Shown here: one piece after another, positions 55,214 through 64,000 of the stretch
How the letters are laid out: every line of letters begins with the position of its first letter
How positions within the stretch are numbered: the stretch's first letter is position 1
DNA from: Eledone cirrhosa
Lineage: Eukaryota
Length of the DNA: 64,000 bases
Direction of reading: 5' to 3'
Assembly: GCA_964016885.1 (NCBI GenBank)
Contig: OZ024741.1
Span: 316,820,001-316,884,000, forward strand
The notes under the pieces: generated by a model
What the model was told of the DNA's origin: nothing
What the model saw: the letters and a program-made list of their open reading frames with translations, nothing else
The model's database searches: none
Translations under genes and position numbers: made by a program

Positions 55214-56907
55214 ATGGCGGAAAAGATGGCAGATATGTCTGCCATTAGCTCTGCCACGCCCCCCAAGTCTGAAGAACAAAAAATAATTACAACAAAATTA
55301 GACAATGAAACAAACAAAGAAAATGAAAAAAACAAATGTTAAGGAAAATGAGCAAACGGAAAACAAACAAACAGAAAATAATACAAATAACAACAGGGCA
55401 ACTTTCGCCCAGAAAACAAAACAATCCATTACATACACACCAATTGACCTAACTGCCGCCAGAGAAAAACAGGCCGAAGCAAAGAAACACATTGTTTTGG
55501 GGGAGAACGGAATGTTTTCCATTAACTCCCCCCCCCCCCAGAATTCAAGAAAGAAAGAACAGAGAACACAGTTCTCTTCAGAACAATCCTAAACCAAACA
55601 AGAAAGCCAGCACAGCCCAGCCAAATGGAGATAGAGTTGGTCCTAAAAGACTATATGAAGAATATTCTCTTCATACGAAAGGACCGACTCTATGGCAGCA
55701 TTTCGGTCCTAACAAAAAACAAGGAAACGGCGGAGAAGCTTTCCCTAAGCCCACTCTCATCGACAACATACAGCTGCTATCCCTCCTACATGGGTAGAAG
55801 AACACAGAGAGTAAAAGTAAAAACAATGCTGCCCACAATGGACTTCTGGTGGGCTATTGCTGGCTTCATAGATATGGGCGAAGACACAATGCTGTCAATG
55901 TGGAAGGCAACTGGAGATGCGTTCCTGGGAATGGGCCTCGACATACTAGTCCAAATGAGGCCCGAAAGAATAGCACAAATCCCGGATCGCATCTGGCTGG
56001 ATGACCTTACCCCAATAGACATAATTGTAGAGGGGAGAAGACCAGCATGCTATTTATGCATGGAAAGGGGACACGTTAAGGCTAACTGCCCGAAACGTAT
56101 CCCCCAAAAAGGACTATTGCCCACACCCACCACAAACAGTACACCAACACCACCCACCTCCAAAAATACACTAATACCACACACAGCAAACAAAATACAG
56201 ACACCACCAACCACAAACACAACACAAACATCACCACCACCAGCACCAAACACAAGCACGACACAAAAATCACCACCACCAACCACAACACAAACATCAC
56301 CACCACCTTCACCAACCACAAGCACGACACAAACATTACCACCACCACCACAAAACCCATTCCAAACAAATAATAAAAAAAACAGTAACAAATCTACCCC
56401 TCCCGCAAAAAAAAACAACCACACAATACGTCCCTCCCACCTAGCGCTGAAGAGTTTCCCCCAACTTCTGAAGAAGAAGGAGGAGAAGCCTTCAGACAAG
56501 TTAAAAGAAAAAAAAGAAAACACACACCCAGCACACCACAAATAACCCACACACAAACACCAACTCCAATCAAAAACACCCCACCCTCAACAAACAAAAA
56601 TAAATCTGCGCCTCCCCTCTCCGAAACATTGACAGCATCACAAAAAAAGACGTTGCAATACACATATATAAATAAAGAAAACAAAAAACTGGTTAAATTA
56701 ATAAACAATAACCCTATGGTGCAGACCGAAGGGCCAAACTTTATCTCAACAGAGAACTTCACCCATTTAAAAATGATAAAGGTCCCTCTGGACCTTTATC
56801 GTTCCTTAAAAGAACAATTTAGACGGGACGTGAGCCCCCCCCCCCTGTTTAAAACCGTTAAATCGCGTCCTCTTGAAAGATTTCCCCATAACCGCCCCTC
56901 TCCCTGA
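55214..56907 (+). pseudogene. Tx1 ORF1 of copy 2, frameshifted at homopolymer runs
   Basis: Collinear with 49499-51187. Indels in A and C runs near 55321, 55527, 56407 and 56835. Confidence 0.82.
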
Positions 56908-57060
56908 CACAACTCCAAATACCCCAACCCCACCACACACGGGTACCCCCACACCACCACAAAACATCCCTCCACCCAACACACCTGATGCCATGGAAAT
57001 TACACAGCCCGGAGAGGTAGGTGCTTTTCTTTCTTCACTTTCAACACCAAAATAGATCAA

Positions 57061-60000
57061 TTGAGAGTTGGCTGTTTGAACGCGCGTGGCCTGGGCTCAG
57101 CTTGGAAGCAAGCAAAGCTTCTAAGTGACCTCAGATCACAAAGTATAGATGTGATGGTTGTTTGCGAGAGTCGGATCAGCAGCGTGAGACAGCTGGCGCC
57201 CGCCTTCGATGACTTTGAGATGCACGCATCTCTCTGTCAACCCGGAGGCGGGGAAGGAGTTGCCGTACTGCTGGATAAACGTCTGGCTCTCGACGTACAG
57301 ATTGTTCACTCGGACCCGGGGGGTCGATTACTGGTGCTGGACGTTGGAGGCGGTGAAGGCGGGGCTTTCAGACTGGTCGGTCTTTATGCTCCCTTCGGGG
57401 CTGAAAGAGCCGACTTCTTCCAGCGTCTGGAGACTTTTCTAGGAATGTCGCGTTCCCTGCTTTTAGTGGGGGACTGGAATGGAATCCTAGATGCGCGTTG
57501 GGACTATGCAGGGGCATGTCCCGATAGAGGGGGGGTGTAGCAGCCTCAAGGGGTTACTCGATCGATTCGACCTGGTCGATAGATTTCGACTAGATTGTCC
57601 AACTGCGCCAACCTGGACCTGGGCAAACCGCAGTGGACAATCTAGATCGTACCTAGATAGGTTTTTGGTTAGGAGTAAGGATAGGGACGTATTTAGTTGT
57701 CCAGAATTGATCATGGTTGGCTATTCAGATCACAAATTAGTGACCTGCGTGGTCAACCTTGATAGAACGCATAGACAGGGTCCCGGTTACTGGAAGATGA
57801 ACTTGTCCTTGCCGGCAAAGAAAGATTACAGGAACCGGATTAGTAGCTTAGTTAAGATGCGGTTGACGGGAGCGATCGTCAACAGTAGGTGGTGGGTATC
57901 TCTAAAGAGAGAGATTAGAGTAAGTTCGATAGGTTACAGTAAGGAACTAATGGCGAATAGAAATAGGAAGGAAAGGGAGTTAACAGATAAACTAGAAGAG
58001 GCGATTAGGAGCGGAGACGTAGCCAGAGTGTTAGCGGCGAGAACGGCGTTGAGCCAGTTCTTTGACGCGAAGCACGAAGGCTGCGTTGTCCGAAGTAAAA
58101 TACGTGCTTTAGGAAACGAGGGGACAAAAGCTGTTAGCTGGGCCCGCGTGACAGAAGCCAAGAGTGGGATTAAATCCACCATTCGGTCTTTGCGAGACCA
58201 GGATGGACGGGTGATCCTTGAACCTGAGCGGATGTGCGAGGCCTTTCAAAGGCACTTTGCTCGACTGTTCGGAGGGGGCGGGGGGCCGGACGGGGATGTG
58301 GACTTCGGTCCATACCTCGACGGTCTACCGCGTCTTTCGAGCGGCGAAGCGGAGTGCTGCGAAGGGCCAATCACAGCCACTGAAATCGGGGAAGCGCTCA
58401 GCCAATGCAGCAGACGCAAATCCCCGGGTCTCGATGGTCTACCATACGAACTTTATTTAGCTATGCCGGTCTTGTTCTCCGAACTCCTCGAGGCTGTCTA
58501 TTGCAACTGGCAACAGAACGGGAGAATTCCCTGTTCTGTGACCAAGGGCGTGGTCACGCTAGTGAGGAAGGACGAGAGCAAGGGGGACGACTTAAGTAAC
58601 TTTAGGCCCATAACTCTGCTGAATGCAGAGTTACAGATTTTGGCCAAGGTGTTGGCGAAGAGGTTGGCGCTTGTGGTGGGTGGTTTGGTGGGAGACGCGC
58701 AGACATGCGCTATCCCGTCCAGGTCCATTCACGACAACCTCCACCTCATGCGATACATCATAGAGAGGGTTGGCAACGAACCCGGCTTTGGTGGGGCCCT
58801 GATCAACTTGGATCAATCTAAGGCGTTCGATAGGGTCGACCATGGTTACCTGGATGCGGTGCTAGCGGCGGCGGGCTTCGGACCCGTTTTCAGGGGCTGG
58901 ATTTCTGCCATGCACAGTGGCAACATCTACTCTAGGATTAAAGTAAACGGCTACCTCTCGGAGCCGTTTCAAATCACCCGGTCCATCAGACAGGGGTGCC
59001 CCCTCTCCTCCCTTCTGTACGTATTGACTCTCGAGCCACTGCTGCGGAAGTTGGAGTTGCTGCGGGGCATACCCCTGGAACCGGGATTGCACAAAGCCGT
59101 CTCGGCCTATGCCGACGACATAACAGTAATGGTGGCGGACGCCTCGGAAATCGGGGCGATCGCCACCCTACTGGAGGAATACGAAAGGCTGACGGGGGCT
59201 AGGCTGAACCAGGACAAGTCAGTTGGTTTGCAACTCGGAACGTGGAGGGGCAAACCGATGCCGTTAGACGGTGTCGTCGGGCGGAGGGCCCGGTGAAGCT
59301 GCTCGGAGTCTGGTTCGGACCGGACCTCCAGGTGGAGAAGAATTGGGGCGAGGTGACGAGCAGGGTGTTTGCGCTTACCCAGAAGTGGGCCAAGTGCAAA
59401 CTATCACTGAAAGGTCGGGCGGAGGTGACGAACGCTTACATAGCGTCCGTCATCTACTACCGCCTGACCGTCGTGCCTTGCCCCAAGGAAAAGCTCACCA
59501 TCATGGAACGCATGCTCTTCCAGTTCCTCTGGAAGAAGCGGCCTCCCATGGTGAGGAGATCCATCTGCTGCCAGCACCCTTCGAAAGGAGGGCTGGGTAT
59601 GCCGTGGCTGTTGATGCGTAGGCACGCATTGAGGCTACGGCATCTACAGGTATTCCTCAACGGTCAGCCGGTGTGGGCCCCGTTTGTGAGGCGAGCCTTC
59701 CCACAGCTCGTCTCGCTCACCGAACTGCAATGCTGGGTGAAGCAAAGACCGAGAAAACTGGGCAACTGGCACACCGAGTGTGCCCAGGCGCTCACGGCTA
59801 TCTGGCAAGCGGACCCGACTATCAGTGGAGAATCCACCTCGACATTCTATAGAGGGTTGGTGGCTAGCAAGGGCGACGACACCCTTGGAGAGTCGCTAGG
59901 CATGGTGGAGGACGAACTGGCCAGCCTGTTCGGTAGAACTTTCGGCCCGGGACCCATGGACAACTTCCAGAGGTCCCTAGCCTGGCAGTGTTACCGGGGG

Positions 60001-60483
60001 GCTCTGCCCGTTCGAGAAAAGCTCTACAGACACGGGCGCCCGGGCAGGGATCCCGCGAAAAAGATCTGTCCCAGATGCGTGCGCGACGAGGAAACCGTTG
60101 CGCATGCACTGGTACACTGCCCGGGCGTTGCCGATCTGTGGGGCTACGTCGAACGACTGCTGTCGCGTGTGGCGCCGATTCGATTAACCGCCGAGTCTGT
60201 GGTGAACATCAAGCCGCCTCCTCCCTTCAGAAATGAAGCAGAGGCGGTCTTTCTGTGCGTAATAGCCATGATGAAAGAGGTTGTGTGGTGGACGCGCCTG
60301 AAAGGTCTGAGGTCGGGTGACTTTCTCTCCGGCCATCACCTGGTTTACTTCTTCCGATACCACTTCGGAAGAAGGATCAGGATGGAGAGAGAAGTGCTTG
60401 GCCCCAGACAGTTTTATGAAAGGTGGGTGAAAGAAGCGAGAATGGCCCGTGTAATTGGGCCTTCTCTCTACATTGTTCTGTAG
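57061..60483 (+). pseudogene. Tx1 ORF2 of copy 2, disrupted
   Basis: Pieces 57061-57540, 57491-59296 and 59242-60483 match copy 1. There is a +1 in a G-run near 57530 and a 7-nt deletion (TGGACGG) near 59285. Confidence 0.88.
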
Positions 60484-60711
60484 GTGAAGAAGTGAAGAGG
60501 AAAGGGGGAGCGCCTCCTCTCTGGGCTTCCCCCGCGAAAAGAGTTGCACACTTTTCGGGGGTATGTGCAATCCCCAACACGCCCCCTCCCTTTTGAGGAC
60601 TTTTTATTATTATATTATTATTGTTATTCCTTTTTCTTTACTCGATTTATGTAAACTCCCCCACTGTGTATTTGTCCCCTTCTTTTGTGCCCTCGTGGCA
60701 AATAAATAGAA

Positions 60712-60768
<57 letters not shown>

Positions 60769-61935
60769 AGAAGATCCATCTGCTGCCAACACCCTTCTAA
60801 CGGAGGGCTGGGGATGCCGTGGTTGACGATGCGCAAACACGCGCTCAGGCTGCGGCATCTCTACGTATTCCTCACCGGACAACCGGTGTGGGCCCCGTTC
60901 GTGAGGCGAGCCTTCCCACGACTCGTCTCGCTGACCGAGCTGCAGTCCTGGGTCAAGCAGAGACCGAGGAAAATGGGCGACTGGCACATCGAATGTGCTC
61001 AGGCGCTCACAGCCCTCTGGCAGGCGGACCCGGCGATCAGTGGAGACTCCACTTCGTCATTCTATAGAGGGTTGGTCCGCAGCAAGTGCGACGACGCGCT
61101 CGGTGAAACTCTAGGCGTGGAGGAAGATGAACTGGCCAGTCTGTTCGGTAGGACCTTCCGCCCGGGACCGATGGACAACTTCCAAAAGTCCCTGGCCTGG
61201 CAGTGCTACCGAGGAGCTCTACCAGTTCGAGACAAGCTCTACAGACATGGGCGCCCGGGCAGGGACCCTGCAAAAAAGATCTGTCCGAGGTGCGTGCGAG
61301 ACGAAGAAACCGTCGCGCACGCATTCATACACTGCCCGGGCGTCACTGACCTGTGGGGCTATGTGGAACGACTATTGTCGCGGGTGGGACCAATCCAGTT
61401 GACCACCGAGTCCATTGTCATGATCAAACCGCCACCCTCCTTCAAAAACGAAGGAGAGGCGGTTTTCCTTTGTGTGATAGCTATGGCGAAAGAGGTTGTA
61501 TGGTGGACAAGGTTGAAAGGGCTGAGGTCAGACACCTTTCTCTCCGGCCAACAACTGATTCTTTTTTTCAAATACCACTTTGGAAGAAGAATCAGGATGG
61601 AGAGAGAGGTGCTGTACCCCAGCAAGTTTTATGAAAGGTGGGTGAAAGTGGCGAGAATGGCCCGAGTGAATGGGCCTTCTCTCTATATCAGCCTGTAGGT
61701 TGAGGAAAAGGAGGAGGAGAGGAAAGGAGTACAAGCTCTTCGTACTCCTGGAGATGAGGGTTGCACATTTTTTTCGGGGGTCTGTGTTACCCATATAAAC
61801 TGTCTCCCTCTATTGGGGAAAATCGACTAACTTTTAAATTCCATCTGTGATAACATTTTACACGTTTTTATTGTATGTAAACTTCCCCCTTTGTATTTGT
61901 CCCCTTCTTTTGTGCCCCTGTGGCTAATAAAGAAA
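60769..61935 (+). mobile_element. 5'-truncated Tx1, diverged subfamily B (ORF2 C-terminus open to 61698)
   Basis: ORF 60814-61698 is homologous to the ORF2 C-terminus including the CCHC finger. The 3' UTR is different, and both flanks are (TATC)n. Confidence 0.9.
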
Positions 61936-61957
61936 TATATCTATCTATCTATCTATC

Positions 61958-62263
61958 TATGAAAGGTGGGTGAAAGTGGCGAGAATGGCCCGAGTGAATG
62001 GGCCTTCTCTCTATATCAGCCTGTAGGTTGAGGAAAAGGAGGAGGAGAGGAAAGGAGTACAAGCTCTTCGTACTCCTGGAGATGAGGGTTGCACATTTTT
62101 TTCGGGGGTCTGTGTTACCCATATAAACTGTCTCCCTCTATTGGGGAAAATCGACTAACTTTTAAATTCCATCTGTGATAACATTTTACACGTTTTTATT
62201 GTATGTAAACTTCCCCCTTTGTATTTGTCCCCTTCTTTTGTGCCCCTGTGGCTAATAAAGAAA
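61958..62263 (+). mobile_element. Short 5'-truncated Tx1 subfamily B 3' end
   Basis: Apparently identical to the last ~305 nt of the preceding copy, with (TATC)n on both sides. Confidence 0.88.
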
Positions 62264-62265
62264 TA

Positions 62266-62299
<34 letters not shown>

Positions 62300-63886
62300 G
62301 CGTGACAGTAATGGTGTCGAGCACCTCGCAAATCGGGGAGGTCGGCACCTTACTGAAGAAATACGAAAGGTTCACAGGAGCGAAGCTGAACCGGGACAAA
62401 TCCGTCGGTTTGCAACTCAGAACGTGGAGAGGCAAACTGATGTCTTCCGATGGTGTCGTCGGACGCTGGACGGAAGGACCAGTAAAGCTGCTTAGGGTCT
62501 GGTTTGGTCCGGACCTCCAGGTGGAGAAGAACTGAAACGAGGTCACGGCCAAGGGGTTTGCGCTCACCAGAAGTGGGCCGAGTGCAAACTATCCTTAAAA
62601 GGTCGAGTGGAGGTGGCGAACACTTTTATAGCGTCCGTCATCTACTACCGCATGACCGTCATGCCTTGTCCAGCCAAAACGCTCACCAAAATGGAACGCG
62701 CGCTCTTCCACTTCCTTTGGAAGAAACGGGCTCCTTAGGTGAGAAGATCCATCTGCTGCCATCACCCTTCAAACGGAGGGCTGGGGATGCCGTGGCTGAC
62801 GATGCTCAGGCTGCGGCACCTCCACGTATTCCTCACCGGACAACCGTTTGTGAGACGAGCCTTTCCACAACTCGTCTCGCTGACTGAGCTGCAGTCCTGG
62901 GTCAAGAAAAGACCAAGGAAAATGGGCGACTGGCACATCGAATGTGCTCAGGCGCTCACAGTCCTCTGGCAAACGGACCCGGCGATCAGTGGAGACTCCA
63001 CTTCGTCATTCTATGGAGGATTAGTCCGCAGCAAGTGTTACGAAGCGCTCGAAGAGACTCTAGGCGTAGAGGAGGACGAACTGGCCAGTCTGTTTGGTAG
63101 GACCTTCCTCCCGGGACCGATGGACAACTTCCAAAAGTCCCTGGCCTGGCAGTGCTACCGAGGAGCTCTACCAGTTCGAGACAAGCTCTACAGACACGGG
63201 CGCCCGGGCAGGGACCCTTCGAAAAAGATCTGTCCGAGATAAGTGCGTGACGAGGAAACCGTCGCGCACGCATTTGTACACTGCACGGGAGTTACCGACC
63301 TGTGGGGCTATGTAGAACGACTTTTGTCGCGAGTGGGACCAATCTAGTTGACCACCGAGTCATGATCAAACCGCCACCCTCCTTCAAAAACGAAGGAGAG
63401 GCGGTTTTCCTATGTGTTATGGCTATGGTGAAAGAGTTTATATGGTGGACGAGGTTAAAATGGCTGAGGTCAGACACCTTTCTCTCCGGCGAGCAACTGA
63501 TTCGTTTTTTCAAATATCATTTTGGAAGAAGAATCAGGATGGAGAGAGAGGTGCTGTACCCCTGCAAATTTTATGAAAGGTGGGTGAATATGGCAAAGAT
63601 AGCCCGAGTGGTTGGACCTTCTCTCTATATAAGCCTGTAGGTTGAGGAAAGAGAGTAAGAGAGGAGGGGAGTACTCACTCTTGGTGCTCCTGGAGATGAG
63701 GGTTGTACATTTTTTTGGCGTGTGTACAGCCCCTGTGTAAACCCCCCCCCCCTATTGGGGATTTCAATTGTTATTTGTTATTTTATTAATAGTTTTATTT
63801 TATTAATAGTTTTATTTTCATATACCGGTAAACTCCCCATTTGTTTTCGATCCCTTCTTGTGTGCCCTTGTGGCTAGTAAATAAAT
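62300..63886 (+). mobile_element. 5'-truncated, decayed Tx1 (B-like subfamily)
   Basis: Begins just after the YADD codons. Carries premature stops and small deletions, and ends at TTTATCTATTTATCTATCTA. Confidence 0.88.
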
Positions 63887-63905
63887 TTATCTATTTATCT
63901 ATCTA

Positions 63906-64000
63906 CTCCAGTGCCTTCAGGCGCTCACAGGCCTCTACCAAGCGGAAACGGCAATCAGCGGAGACTCTACTTCGATATTCTATAGAGGATTAGTGGAGGA
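63906..64000 (+). mobile_element. Start of a sixth 5'-truncated Tx1 fragment (runs off the window)
   Basis: CAGGCGCTCACAG...GGAGACTCTACTTCG...TTCTATAGAGGATTAGT matches the QALTA...SGDSTS.FYRGL region. Confidence 0.75.

Larger units (their letters stand above)
55011..60712 (+). mobile_element. Full-length Tx1 retrotransposon, copy 2
   Basis: Same 5' end (TTGATAGAGTAAG) and 3' end as copy 1, followed by (TCTA)n at 60713-60768. Confidence 0.93.

Overview
This is a eukaryotic (animal) intergenic or intronic window, AT-rich and saturated with microsatellites. The SINE families suggest a cephalopod, probably Octopus (inference). No host protein-coding gene is supported, and almost all listed ORFs are microsatellite or antisense artefacts. 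Main structures: (1) 49.3-64 kb is a head-to-tail array of six Tx1-clade non-LTR retrotransposons, two full-length (ORF1 zinc knuckle; ORF2 APE-RT-CCHC) and four 5'-truncated. Every junction lies in (TATC)n. (2) 38.6-41.4 kb is a tandem of three R4/Dong-like RLE retrotransposons, each bounded by (CATA)n. (3) Many Penelope-like element (PLE) remnants sit mostly at (TA)n and often form fold-back palindromes carrying type I hammerhead ribozymes, including a family with a U3-A8 covariant core. (4) Background repeats include RTE, CR1 and CRE LINE fragments, SINEs, non-autonomous Helitrons, and hAT and Tc1/mariner MITEs. Coordinates were read by eye and may be off by a few bases; no database search was run.
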